This document shows positions 24,430-37,845 of a stretch of DNA of 64,000 nt, in pieces (position 1 is the stretch's first letter; every line of letters starts with the position of its first letter). Both the position numbers and the translations under genes were made by a program. The notes beneath the pieces were generated by a model, which was not told the DNA's origin, ran no database searches, and saw only the letters and a program-made list of their open reading frames with translations. Source of the stretch: Squalus acanthias (Eukaryota); the NCBI GenBank assembly GCA_030390025.1, contig CM059426.1:119660001-119724000 (forward strand), in the 5' to 3' direction.

Positions 24430-25520
24430 GGCTCCCCTGATGAGTTTCTCCAGTGAGTAGAGGAGCCACGCATACCAAGAAAATCCCAGGTTTGATCATC
24501 AGTTTGTGCTGAGTTATCTCTGCCAAGGCAGTGGTAGTACACTGAAAATGACCTCCGTGCCTTTGGGCGAGGGATGGGAAAGTCAGTCAGGGTTTCTGCT
24601 ACTAAATGCTATGTAGCAATTCCTGCTGGAAGTGGACATGTGCAGATATTGGGCGAGGACAAGACCGGGCTCAGTTGTGACTCCCTTCCTCACACTTAAG
24701 TCCCGATTTTAATTTGGGCGGGCGGAGGCTGTGGCTTGCGGAAAATCCCCGCCCCTCCCCCACCCAACGTCGCCAGCATGAGACCCTGGGCATTTTTAAC
24801 TCCTTGGCTTCATTTGCATGCCCCTGATCAGTTTCCCATCTGAAACCGGCAGCTGGCCAGCAAGTGGGACCACAATGTCAGGTGGCAGGAGGCTGCCCTC
24901 AGGGACCGAAGGAGGAGTCCCCAGTGCTCAGGTATGTTGTGGAGAGGGAGTCTCAGGCAGGTCTCGCGATCAGAGGTTGGGATCAGGCCCAGGGCAGGGG
25001 AGGCCTAAGCGTTCCTTGTGGAGCCCAGAGAATCACTCTTGCTCCTCCTGGCCCTATAAGGAACGTCAAAAAAATAAAGGTACCTCTTTGGGCCTCTTCT
25101 AGTCCCGGCTCTTTTACCACTCAGTTGGCCTGGCAGGAAAGCCACAACCGTATTCCCGCTCAGGCCCATGGTTAAAATAGCAATCGGGCCCCGGTGGCGT
25201 TAGTGAAGTCTGATCTGCAGGATCTAAAGAAGGATCCCACTGGTTTCCAGCAGGGGTCATTCTTGTCTGCTTAGAAGAGAAGCTTAAAACATGGACTCCG
25301 GGGAAAGTGCGGGAAATCGGCGAGTGAGTCCCACAGGTAACTTTAACTGCCCACCTGCCCACCTACCCACCTACCCAGTTTCCACCAGGCTGGTAGGGTT
25401 AAGTCACCCCTTTAATGTCTAGGCTGGCACATGAAGAATGGCCATTTGGCCAAAGCACCAGAGGGCGAATACTGTCTGTGGAGCCGATCACCAGCAGGGA
25501 TAAATGTTTTTACGGGAAGA
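24430..25520 (+). mobile_element. tRNA-head SINE split by a GC-rich MITE
   Basis: 24430-24698 and 25411-25520 align collinearly with the SINE at 1903-2275. Confidence 0.6.
24700..25410 (+). mobile_element. GC-rich Harbinger-type MITE
   Basis: CCCGATTTTAA start and GGTTAAGTCACCCC end; internal CACTCTTGCTCCTCCTGGCCC motif. Confidence 0.7.
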
Positions 25521-26374
25521 GGAAGGAAGAGGAGAAACATATGGCAAAAAATTAAAAATACTGCCCTCAGCATGTGATCTTCTAAAAAAAAATCTCAAAC
25601 TGGAAACTTAAAACTGTCTGTAATTTCACTGACAGTTTAAATACCTATGTGATCTATTTTCTTGTTTAACAGAGAAATAATGGACAATAAACACTTCTGT
25701 ACCAAAGTCACAATGTTAGGGTTTGCACACACTTGGGGTTAAGAATTAGTCTGGTTGCTATGCAGTGACATCATCTGTTGATTTCCTCATTGCTGAAGCC
25801 AAACCAATGCGCCTGGTGGTACTTCAATACTCCTTTCGAGTTTGGCGAAGAGCCTGCTATTCTGCTTCAGAATATAGCAGCTAGACAAGTAAATCTACTT
25901 GTGAGTATCCTTTAAAAGTAGCAGATGTGAGACATGATGAGCTTTCAGTGAATCCACTGAATTCTCTGCTGTTGCTACTGGTGTTCATCATTTATTTTCA
26001 TTTTCAACGAAGCCAGACAGTAATAGGGCAGGTGGAAGGGAAATGATCACAGCTGAAAGTATCTGCCATTTTATAGTTTGGAATGATTTGTTTTGCCAGT
26101 TTGCTGTTGCTTGGCGGGAAGATATGTAGAAAATTGGTCTTAATAATGTCATATGCTTTTTATTGCAGGAAGTTGGTTGGCTGAGAGAATCCTGCTAAGG
26201 ACAGGATTCCAGCAGTGTGGCTTTTCGCTATTGCTCTTTGTTTGCAGTCGCATATTTTGTAGTCAAGATGGATAATAAAATGTTTCAATAAAATCAGGCA
26301 CACCCCACAAGGAATAGTGTATTTTACAACTGAAAATGGAAATCTTAGAATATTATATGGCAGCTGAGATCCAG

Positions 26375-26945
26375 TAGTCATCTATCATCCCTGTCCTTGC
26401 TGACCCTCAATGCATTGAATTTAAAATCCTCGTCCTCATCTTCAAATTCCCCTGTGGTCTCACCCCTCTCTACCTTTGTTAGTTCCTTCGGCCTCGCAAC
26501 ACCTTCCACATCCTTCAGCTCTCCGATTCTGGCCTTTTCTGTTCCCCCCCCCCCCCACCCTTTCTTCACCCCATCTTTGGTGGAGATGCATTTAGTCCCC
26601 TGGAACCTACTCTCTGTCTAACCCCCTCCACCTCTTTACTTCTTGTTTGCTTAAACCAAAGCCCTGTCTGACTGTTCAGATGGATGAAAAAGATCCCATG
26701 GCACTATTCGAAAAAGAGCAAGGAGTTCTCCCAGCATCCTGGCCAACATTCCTTCCTCAACCAATAGCACCAAAAGCAGATTATCTGGTCATTCATTCAC
26801 TCGCTTTTTGTGGGACCTTGCTGTGGGCAAATTTGCTGCCATATTTCCCTACTTAACAATGACTGCACTTAAATAATGAATCAGTTGCAAAGAACTTTGG
26901 GTCCTGAGGATGTCATAAACCGCTTTATAACTGCAAATTATTTCT
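26375..26945 (+). mobile_element. L2 3' fragment followed by a Deu-domain SINE fragment
   Basis: TTTAAAATCCTCGTCCTCATCTTCAAATTCC (F-K-I-L-V-L-I-F-K) is L2-type; SINE from about 26655 with AAAGATCCCATGGCACTATTCGAA. Confidence 0.7.
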
Positions 26946-28473
26946 ATTGACAAACTATGTTAACAATTTTGGTTACGTATTACTTGTATTAAGAGATTAT
27001 GACCTGGACTTTCTGCCCACTCCCCATCGATTTTAGACGGATATGGGGCTGGTGAGGCTGAAAAGTTCTCAAGGGCACATGACCGCCTTTTTGCACATCA
27101 CTCCATTTCCCAGCAGTCAAGGCTGGTAGCCAAGCAAATGTAAAAGAAATGGAAATAAAAAGAAATAGATCCTCCAACATATTTCCCTCATTTAAGTCAG
27201 TTGAACGCAGGATGCAAGGGGGTATCTATTAGAACTTGCGTCCAATGTTTAAGGGTTAGTGGAAGGGAGCTTGATAATGTTTTCTGGCAGCCAGGACCTG
27301 TACAAGTGCTCACAGAACATGGCCTTGTGGAGGCTGACGAAAGGGAGGAAAACTTTTTGGAATAAAAAGTTAATTTCTGCAAACATCATGGAGGTTACCC
27401 GTATCCCCTTAACCAACTAAATTCCATCTCCATTCCATTTAGGCAGGAATCCCTGGCAGAAGCCAAGGAGCCCACTGCGTGTATTTAAAAGGCCAAAAGG
27501 TTGGCTGGGGTCAGGGGCAGAAGTGGTGACCAAAAGTCTGAAACCTGCACATTACTCTCTTGAATCAGCTCATGCCCGAGACTTGCAACCGGCAATAAAC
27601 AACCAGGTTGCTGCAGAGTTGAAAGTTGATCTTTACTGGGTTTATGGTCCCCCTTGCAGGAAAGCAGAGAATTTAGGTTTTTGGTGCAGTCAGATTTTCC
27701 ATGAGGATAAATGGATATAAGTGCACTTTCATCCAGCATGGAAAAAAATCAGGTTCATGAAGATTTAGAAATAAAATGTAAAACTCCATCCACTCTCAGC
27801 ACATTTGATGAAGTTAAATTGGTACCATGAAACAATATTTGGCAAACCAGATTTATTTGTTGGCTTGCAGTCCCAACAGCTGTGAGTCATTTTTGCCACA
27901 AGACATCATATAATGTGATTACTTATTTTGATTTAGATTACATTATTATGTTGTGCATTCAAAAAGCAGTTGTCAAACAGATTTCCATGCCGATGGTGTA
28001 TCTTTTAATAGATTTTTATAATTACAACTGAGCATTGCGATGCGGGGGTACAATATGATAATTCCTGTGCACTTTGCTGAATATGTATAGATTAAAACTG
28101 CTAAAGAGCATTTCAAGTCAAATCACTTCCAAACAGAAGAGAGCTTTATATGATGCATTTTCCTTAAATGTGTATCACGGAACCAAAGCAGAACAAATTA
28201 TGCTCAGAGATGATTTCAAATCCTGCAGATAGCCAAGGCCATGAAAGCAGTAAGTTTTGCTTTAGTTTAGTGCTTTAGGTTGCTATGACTATCCTCTGAC
28301 AGGTGGTTATGCTGCCTTATCTAATTGAGGTTGGAATAGACTTCCTGTCACTTCAGAATTTTCATAACTCCATCTATCAAAAATGTTAGGCTTCCTAGTT
28401 TGTCCATCTGTATTCAAAGAGACACATGTGCTTTCTGAAAAATACTGTACCCTTTTCTCCACTTAAATGTAAA

Positions 28474-28775
28474 GGCCAAGATTTTCTGATGTTCCACTGC
28501 CTGATTGCCCAGTGGCCCATCACCACTTCCTGCATTTCTCACCATATATGGGTGGCCATATTCAAATTATACATTTAAATGGCACCAAGGTCAAAAGGTC
28601 AGCTGGGGGCTGGGGTGAAATGTGGCCGGCTGCTGGGTGGGAAACAGAAGAAAAAAATGATAATGAGATACTGCCCTTAAATTTGGCCGGACCTTCGCGT
28701 CCCCAGCCATGCTGGGTTTTCCCCGTGCTACCATGCTCCCCTGCACCCTCCCTGCCTCCCGTAAATATCGGGGTC
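28474..28775 (-). mobile_element. MITE (deleted member of the 60513 family)
   Basis: Right end CCCGTAAATATCGGGGTC is the reverse complement of the 60513 terminus GGCCCCGATATTTACGGG. Confidence 0.65.
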
Positions 28776-29637
28776 ATGGATGCTTGAGTGACCTTGGTGT
28801 CTAGCGTTGCTCCAGGGGTAGAGGAGGGTTTTAAATTTTAAATGGCCCACAAACTAAGTCTAATCAATGAATTTAAAAAAATGTCTTTAACTTCTTCAGC
28901 TGCCCAGGAAGCAATTGATGAGGTGTTGTTGCTGCAGGTAGCTGAGACCTGCAGCAGAAAAATTCCTTTCACCTCCCCAGAAGTGAGCTTCCCAGTGCCA
29001 ACGGACAACACTGCTGGGAGCCTGCAGACTCCGGAAGATCCTCTGTATGGGTGGGATTTCTGCCAAAGAGGAACATCTAGGCCATATTCTTCAGATTAAC
29101 TTATCCAACAGAAAGATTCCATCAAAAAGGTGTGAACGCATTGGAATGTGAGCCGTGCTATTTGAGAGTTATGACTGGAGCACTGTTTTTTGTAACGTGT
29201 GCTGGATGCCAAATGTGACCAGGGTACATCAATCCATCAACTGCACATGGTTGGTGGACTCGGGAGCAAGGCTATGGCCATGCACATTTGTCTGGTGTGA
29301 TATTTGATCGTGGTTCACTGAATAAATCTCATTGGCATTGCTGACAACCTGGAGTTGTTGTTCAACCTGAGCATGTGATCATCCCTGCAGATGGTTCCAT
29401 TCCAATGGTAATGGGTTAGCAACAAAAACTGGTCAACCAGGGTCAGTAGCAAAGTAGGATAACAATTGATTGGCCAACATTGCAATTAATGGATCAGCAT
29501 TAATTTATTGATAGATGGTGATGCATTCTTGTCAGTTGATGCAGAGTAGGTGGCATTGACATTGCATGCTAAACGCTGATAGTTGCTGTAGTTGGGCCCT
29601 AACCTAAGTCCAGATTTCAGTGCAAACAGGACACAGC

Positions 29638-29980
29638 GAGGTAGAAATGGGTCATGGGCGGTAGTGTAAAATGGCGGTATCACATCGGCCGGCTCTTATA
29701 CGGCCCCCCCGATGTTCAATTCCATTGACTTCAATGGAACGCGGCGCACAGCAAGGTCCCACAAACAGCAATGTGATAATGACCAGATAATCTGTTTTTG
29801 TTATGTTGGTTGAGGGATAAATATTGGTCAGGACACCGGGGAGAACTTCCCTACTCTTCTTCGAAATAGTGCCATGGGATCTTATACGTCCACCTGAGAG
29901 AGCAGACGGGGCCTCGGTTTAATGTCTCATCCGAAAGACGGCATCTCCGACAGTGCAGCACTCCCTCAGCACTGCACTCC
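29638..29980 (-). mobile_element. Half of a palindromic MITE (29638-29740) joined to a well-preserved Deu-domain SINE (29741-29980)
   Basis: CCATTGACTTCAATGG centre, then CACAGCAAGGTCCCACAAACAGCAATG...AATAGTGCCATGGGATC...CAGTGCAGCACTCCCTCAGCACTGCAC. Confidence 0.8.
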
Positions 29981-30432
29981 AGCATAACAAATAGAAATCA
30001 ACACATTTAAACCATTTTAGTGTGTGAGTTTCTATATGTATGAGAGAGAAAAAGGGAGTGATTGTACAGGTTGTTTTTTATCACTGGTGGTGTGGGATGC
30101 AGTTGCACTTGCATTGTTAACTGAGAGAAAATCACTGTTGACTTCATTGTGAGTTTGGAGAGATAGTTTAAATGGGCTCTTTCAAACCCATTCTCGGTTT
30201 CCATGTCTGAAGCTGGCTTTCAAGTCCCGTGATGTCATGACATTACAAAGTGAGGAAAGAAGAGTTTGGAACCCGAGCTGCTGAAGACGACACTAACTCC
30301 ACAATCAGGGATCTGCAGCTCAGGTTTCAGACCCTTCAGTTGGGGTGGGGAGGGGGAGCGGTGATTACTTGCCATTCCAAATCTGATGTCTGGCTAACTA
30401 TTCTGCATTTTCCCTGGCAGCCTAGTACTGAG

Positions 30433-30565
30433 TAAGAACATAAGACGTAAGAACATAAGACGTAGTAACAGGAGTAGGTCATTTGGCCCCTCGAGCCTGC
30501 TCCGCCATTCAATAAGATAATGGCTGATCTGATCTTGGCCTCAACTCCACTTCCCTGCCCGCACC
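30433..30565 (-). mobile_element. CR1 3'UTR fragment
   Basis: (TAAGAACATAAGACG)2 tail plus GGAGTAGGTCATTTGGCCCCTCGAGCCTGCTCCGCCATTCAAT. Confidence 0.8.
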
Positions 30566-30864
30566 CCATGGCTCTGTGTGCTCTGGTTGGGAGTGTGGTG
30601 GTGTCTGTTCCATGGTTGGGTAGTCTGCATCTGTATTTCCTACTTATTTGAGAGGAGGGAAAGACAGAGTGATCCATGGGGCCGATGTCCTTTGTTTGCT
30701 TTTGTAGCAAAATCATAAACATGCTCTTTATAAAAGCATTTACAGTTTTACCACAAATAGCATACGGAGAACTATTCCTTGCCTCAGTCCATCATGGTCT
30801 GTATATGTTCATTTTCTCTGGGAGGGGATGAATCTTGTCACTAATGATCTAATATTGGCATATT

Positions 30865-31630
30865 GGCCCAGAAATTCGCCTCTCCGGCTTGCCGCGGGGG
30901 TAAGGATCGCGCGCGCTCTTACCTACCGCGCCTGCTGTTGTGTTTTGGGCCCACGGGAACTTCGGGTCCTGGGCCTCTCCCAAATGCCAGCGCGCAGTGC
31001 TTGCGTGTTCCAGGGGCGCAGTTAGTGCGATGCGTCCCCTGGGATCACGTGGGCCATGGAGAGCCAATGGCAGCAGACCATCTTTCATTCATAGATTTGA
31101 CAGGAGACCTGTCAAATCTGTGAATTGAAATCGGCCCCAAAAGAACAGCTAAACTTAAAATATATTTTTTTAAAAAACCATCACATTTATAAAATAACTA
31201 TAAGTTAAATAAATTAACCACTCTAAACAAAAATTTAAATTTTTGAAAAAATTAAAATACTTTTTAAAAGTGATAAAAATAAACTTACCTTTCTTTAAAG
31301 TATCTAAAAAAGATAAACCTGTTGAAAAAAATTAAAAATTATACTTAATTAACCACTTACCTTGTTCAAAATGGGTCTTACGCCTCCTTTTCATTAGCGT
31401 AGTTTCTTCAATACTTACCCTCGCGTAGAAACCTGAAAAAAATTCTAAGTGTGCTGCGTGCGCGCAGCCTCTAGCACGCACGCGGTTCACCTAGGAACCG
31501 CCCCCTTCACCATACCGGAAGTTCCGGTTTCCCGCGCATGCGCAGTGCATACAGGAAACCGGCACTTCGGGAAGCAATACGGGTGAGTACAGACTGTGTA
31601 CTCACCCGGGAAGGGCCGAATTTTTGGCCC
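30865..31630. mobile_element. MITE with GC-rich ends and AT-rich core (Harbinger-type), TSD ATT
   Basis: TIR GGCCCAGAAATTCGCCTC / GGGCCGAATTTTTGGCCC (14/18); ATT on both sides; internal hairpin at 31083-31130. Confidence 0.85.
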
Positions 31631-34600
31631 ATTGATCCATCGTACCAGGTAACTTGGAGTCCTTGATCTTTCTTTATTCTATCCCTCAAAGTGAATACGC
31701 ATTCTTTTTCCAGAGCGGTACAATCAGGAGATTCCTTTGGATACTAGCACATCAAATGGATTAGACCTTAATATTTAAATTTGTCATTACACAAAGTTTT
31801 TGGACTTCTGTAACCAATTCCCAAGTTAACTGAAATTCCGATCCTAACCAAAAGCAATGATTACATAACTTTATTGCTGTTTTGTTTGTTGTTCTTTTGA
31901 ACCTCAGTCAGAGACCGTTAGATTTTAAGGCCATCTTTCCATACACTGTACGTGCGTGGAAATTTTGACTGTGTTCAGATAAGCTTTTCCTTATGGGCAG
32001 AACAGTCTCCTGCTGAAAGCAGTAATGGTTCCAATTAAGCCCTAACTCACATCCTTTCTGGAAGATGAATGTTCAGCTAAGATTACTCACTACAGCAAAA
32101 GGATGTGAAGATTAATAGAGAACTTGAAACTTCTAATCATTGTACTGAAATAATAAAGTTATAGATTCTATCCCTAAACTTTGTGTCATTTACAATTTTC
32201 CTTTCAGCGATCAGAATAAATCCATTTGTTTAAAAGAATTTGGCCCTGTAAATTTGCAGGGTGACACATGTAGGTGCTGAGATGTGTTGCCCAAGATGTC
32301 CACCTTTGACCCCAAAGAAGTTCATAGAAACGGGGGTGGTTCCCTAACTTCTCTATTGTTGGTGGGTGTGTGCACCACCCGTGGTGCATCTAGGGTACAT
32401 TCCATTGCAGCAAGTTTGGAAAGTCCAGCAGAGGTGTCCCAGTTGAGCGGGGGTGTCGAGTCCCCGCCCCCCACCACCTCCCAGAAATGGACTTTGCAAC
32501 CCCCAGAGCCACCTTGGCAAGTGGGTAGCATTAAAAGTATATATTTTGAAATAAAGAATTGACTTTTGCTAATGTGGACCACACTTCTGCCTCTGCCAAG
32601 GACTTTGCCTGGCTTGACCAGGTGTATCTCTGCCAACCATTCACCAGGTACTATTGAAGGGCATGGGAGCTCCTGTGGCACCATAGAATCTTACACAGAA
32701 GGAGGCCATCCAGCCAAAAGAGCTATCCAATTAGTCCCACTCCCCTGCTTTTTCCCCATAGCCCTGCAATTGTTTTCCTTTTCAAGTATATATCCAATGT
32801 AGGCAGTCTGGTCCTAAATCCCTAAACATGATAGCCTTGTAAGGAATGGACACAGCCCATCCCAGGTTCTTTGGTGCTCGGTTGGCAGCCAGCATATCAA
32901 GATCCCAACCTAGTTTTCAGCTATTCAGGTATAATCCTGGTGAAACTACTGCGAGAAGGTGCCATGAATGGCTGCAGATTTTCAATTTAAAAAAATCTTT
33001 ACCGTGTGCTTTAATCAATTGAAAATCAAAATATAAAATTACATGTATCCTGTACCATTGGCATTTGATGAAATCTTCATAAAATACAAGCGTTTACAAT
33101 AGGGATGCCTACTTTGCAGCCAGTGAAAACAGGACATTTGAAACCTCTAGAAGTAAATATTGGTTAGACAAAAGCTACATTATAACTTCATAAAAATGCA
33201 AAATACGAGATATAGTACTTTGGCGTGTTTTGTAAAAGAACAGCCCGAAATCCCTTCTAGACAGAAATAGAACAAGAAGGGAGATTAGAGAAGTAATTAG
33301 AAACAGATAGAAAAAGACTGAACTAGAAAGACATGGATAGGTGTGACCCAAGTAAAGAAGGAATGAGTGCAGATCTTTGTGGATTTCTAGGAATCCATTG
33401 AAATTTTTTACAAAACTAAAATTATACACTGAGGCTCCTTGTTTAAATTTTTGTAATACAAGATGTGCTTTTATCTTGTTAAATGTTTCACCATAAACCT
33501 CAGTGGTGTGTCTGTCCTTGCCTTTCTTGTCATGTTTTTGTCTATGGCTTCTCTTTGTTTTTGTCCACCACTCTTCTCCCTTTCTGCCTTGAAGTATTTG
33601 GCAAGGGTCAGGGTTGTGGGACGAGCTGGCAGACAAGCTTTTGGCAGCTGAGGGAATAACACTCCTGCTGGGAATTTGAAGACAGGTCCGCCCCCACCCC
33701 CACCCTGTATTAGATTGAAGCCAGTTGGCAAGTCTCAAGTTGTAAGCATTGAGTGGCTGAACAGTACTATTTTACACATTTGACCTGGTATCATATAAGT
33801 GTTGGAAGAGCTCAGTACAGTAATGATTGCCTCATCGGCCTATGTAATCAGAACAGAAATTTCCCACCCCATGATTACAGTAAATAGGAACATATCTTAC
33901 GGAGTATATTTTTTTTATATGTAGCACATATGTCTGTAATTTTTTAAAAGTAAAGCATCTTGGACTATTTTACTGTATCTTGTACAGCTTTCTGTAGATT
34001 AGCATTAACCCTCGTAAATCTTCAGAAACAAAATGTGCCCTTTCGCTCTCTTAAGTCATGGCTGATAATAAAAAGGTATTTAGTATGATTTTTATAAAAC
34101 ATGTGCCTTAGGGAACTAAATTATCTACAAATACTTTTGTTATGTGTAGTCCATATCCTTTGCAAACTGTCAGTACGATTCAACTTTAATAATGTTTTAA
34201 GCTTCTTAATGCCTATAACTTTATTTCTTTAATTCTCTGATCCACCTGTTTGATAGCTGTGCTCCTTCATTGTGAATGTTGCTTTTATGAACTCTTTGGA
34301 GTTCTAAATTTCTCACTGGATACAAGACTTGTAGACAAGATTTTGTTCAGCCTTACAATTCTTTGGTGGCATAGCAACTTAAAATGACACCTTGTTGTCG
34401 TACAACTGGGAGAGTGGCCAGTCTCACCAGGATAGTTTGGTTTTGGTGCATTCAGGCTGCTGTTTGAGCTGTTGAGGTTGGCATCAATGAGGTGACTAAA
34501 GCAAATTAATTAAGGTTTAAAGTTTTTTGAACGAAATAGAAACCTAATTTAGCTGGGAGATGTCTGGACTCAATCGACTTTAAGTGAATAAAGTGATAAC

Positions 34601-36204
34601 TGACTTATAGAACTAAATTAGCTCTGTTCTGTGATGGATTCTAAAGAGTGGTGAGATGACTTCTGCTGGTCGCACTGTAATCTAAATCAGAGGGCACCAA
34701 ACTGACTATTCGGCAACAGCAGCTTTCAGCGACTTGAAAAATGTCAGCTGGTACCTCGACAGGGTATCCTTCTGAGGCTGAAAGATTGAATTTTCGGCCT
34801 ACACAATAGCTGGAATCCACCCTGTGAAGGAGGCAGTGATTTACTTCTGCAATCGTGCACAAAATGAAAAGAACTATTTTCTTCAGCACTGTCAGCAGTC
34901 ACCCCACACCACATGAGCACAAAAAAATAAACAAATAAGAAAATTTTACGGTACAGAAAACTGTTGATTTGATGTTTAGCTAAAGCCTGTGCCAGTTGAG
35001 ACATTACTGTCTATCTTCACATTGAGGTTGAGTTCAATAGCTGTCAATGGACATGTTTGGGCGTGCCACACCTTTCCCAAAGTAGCACCTACTGACATTA
35101 CTGATCAAACTCAACTACCTTTATTTATATATGCTGCTAAATGATGGAGCAAAAGACAAGCCTGGTTTTCACGCCTCAGTCTAGACTACTAAGATGTGAT
35201 TTTTTTTTCCTCCAGTGAAGTTTTGTAGCAAACTGTTACAAAATTTGAGTCATAGTTGCCAAACTTCTGTTCTATATGAATAAACAGTTTAACCACAGAC
35301 ACCGCAGGAGAGGTTAAAGACTGTTCATGTCTCGGGTTTCTGAAGAGTTTGTGAGCTTGATTCTGCAAGCAAACATATTCATTTAAGGAACAGATGTATT
35401 GATTTAGCAATTTGTTAGTATAGAAGTGACACAAACTCAGCTAACTGAAAAATATTAACATTATGAACATTTTTGCATTCATAACAATGAGGTAAATTTT
35501 GTGAGGCAAGGCTCCCAGTGCCTGGCCTTGCTTGATAGGAGAGTGGATCAGAGAACTGGGCACAGATCTGCAGCATTCCCAATTTTATGATGATTCATTT
35601 AAATCACAGACTGGGAGTGGAGCCTCACAATTTACTTTTATATTTATCATTGGATATTGTCACAGAGATTGGGTTTTTCCTCGAATCCAGCGTTGTGAAT
35701 CACTCCCGTAATTGGGCCTCGTGTTCCCTATGTTCTGGGGTGTTCCTTTTTATCCCCAATATCTAGTTAAATGATAGCATGATTTGGGGATTATAAGTTA
35801 TTGTCTACACCAGCTACTGGAACATATCACATGCCATCAGGTGAATTCTCTTCTCTTTAAGGATAGCAGACTGGATAAGTATTCTACCAAGATGAGACAC
35901 AGGCTTCAAACCAATAAGTGTTTTATTTACAGAATATATATGAATGAATAGTACACAGTGAGGTTAGATAGTTTCTTAGGTTCCTCCATATATGAAAACA
36001 AACATGCAACTCACTCTCTCTTTAAACATGGATGCTAAAATAGAAGACCACTTACACTCATTTAACTTTGGGGCTAAGCTGGCTCAGACTTTGAGGTAAG
36101 AACTGCCTTTGGCAGCTGGCTACGAATTTGACACACAATCTGCCCCTGCCATTGTATGAACTGGTACCGTAAGTCTGTGAGATGAAGTGGTCAGTTTTAT
36201 CTGA

Positions 36205-36852
36205 GAGCGGGATTGGTGCTAGCAGGAGCTGAGTGGGACAGAAAACCATCCGGCCCTCTGCAGCGTGAGGCCCGGGAGAATTTAACTCCCAGGCCTTGTC
36301 TGCAGGGTTGTGGTCAGTCTCCCGCCCGAACTCGGTGGGAATCACTCAGTGGCTAGTGGGTTAGAGCAGGATTTCGGGCGGCAGGAGGACGTCGCTGAGG
36401 ACCTGAGGGAACGGTCCCTGGCACTAAGATACGTGGTCAGGTGGGGGACTGGCCGGGCATTGTGGTCAGGGTGGGGGGCAATGGGGAAGCCTGGGGCAGG
36501 GGAAGCACCTCCTGGCCCATAAGGAAACTAAAAAAAAATTAAATTAAACTTACCTTTCTGGGTGTCCTCTGACCCCAGCACCTTTACCTCACATATTTGG
36601 CTTGGCATAAAAGCCACACAGGCCTCAGGTAAAGATTGCAGTCGGGCCCCAATGATATCATTGTAGTCCAATGTGCATATTTACAAAAGGGTCCCACTGC
36701 CTTGTGATGGGTGTCCCTCTCAACTCCTAAAAAGAGCAGGTTAATATATGGGACCTGCGTGAAGGCAGCAGGAGGAGAGGGGGTAACTCGCACGGGGCAT
36801 TATATCTGTCTGCGTGCCCCGTTTCCGCTGGGCAGAGGGTTAAAATTCCCCC
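36205..36852 (+). mobile_element. GC-rich Harbinger-type MITE (left end uncertain)
   Basis: Ends GAGGGTTAAAATTCCCCC like the element ending at 61203; internal GCACCTCCTGGCCC...ACTTACCT. Confidence 0.65.
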
Positions 36853-37167
36853 GAAGTCTCTGATTGCCAATCACAATGTGCTCCAGACAATCAAGAATCT
36901 TCCTCTTCTTAACCTGTCCAGCAGCTGATGTGGGAAGCAATCCAGATGAACATTTCATTCATCATTATTTCTAGATGAATATTACTGATGTAAAAAGAGG
37001 GCATATTTTTCACTTACATATACTGGTACACAGGTATCTATAAGAAAGAACTTGAAGAGCTTGCATTTATATAGCTCCTTTCACATTGTCGGGATCTCCT
37101 AAAGTACACTTCACAGCCAATGAAGAAATACTAAAGTGTAGTTACTGTTATAATGTAGGCAATCATT

Positions 37168-37843
37168 GGGGGGAAATTTACCTCCAAAGACAGGTGCGTT
37201 TGGGCCGGGTGGGAATTAAAATGTTAAAATTTCAAACACAAAGACAACCCACCTCGAACCCGCCCACTTCCTGTTTTAACAGAGGCGGGACAAGGGACGG
37301 GCGACCAATCCACTCTCTGGAGGCGGATCGGTTGTTGAAACCTTTTAAGGAGGCTGCATGCCTCGATTTTAACGAGGTTTCTATTTTTAACTAGGTGGGC
37401 TGTGTTTCCCTGGCCTCAGGAAACCCGGCAGAAAAGGGCTGGATCCATATGGTAAGTGTCTTTACAGCACTGCTTGTATGTCAGGAGGAGCAGGAGCGTT
37501 TCCTCCAGGCCCAACAAGCAAACCCTGTAAATCTCCCCACCCCACCTCCACAAACTCCTGCCAACACCCCCGATTCCCCCCCAATCTCTCCCTCCCCCCG
37601 CAATCTCTCCCCCCACCACCACTAAACCCACCTGCTCCTGGGCTTTGGCCTAGTGCCGCAGGATTTCCACGTCCAACAGACAGCTAAGCCTGTCAATCAG
37701 GCTGGCTTTTGGGCAGGGAACCTGGGGGGCGGGGGGGGGGGAGGAAATCATACACGCCCTGGAGCTAAAATTTGCACTTCCGAGTTTCCTGACCATAACT
37801 CCTCCCCCACTCAGAGAACCCCACCCCAGTAAACATCGGGGCC
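37168..37843 (-). mobile_element. GC-rich Harbinger-type MITE, TSD ATT
   Basis: ATT|GGGGGGAAATTTACC ... GTAAACATCGGGGCC|ATT; inverted homolog of 60513-61203. Confidence 0.8.
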
Positions 37844-37845
37844 AT

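Noticed and set aside
37018-37037. 20-nt micro-exon on the - strand (ttctttcttatag|ATACCTGTGTACCAGTATAT|gtaagt)
   Set aside because: The pyrimidine tract comes from an adjacent SINE tail, the length is not a multiple of three and no partner exons were found
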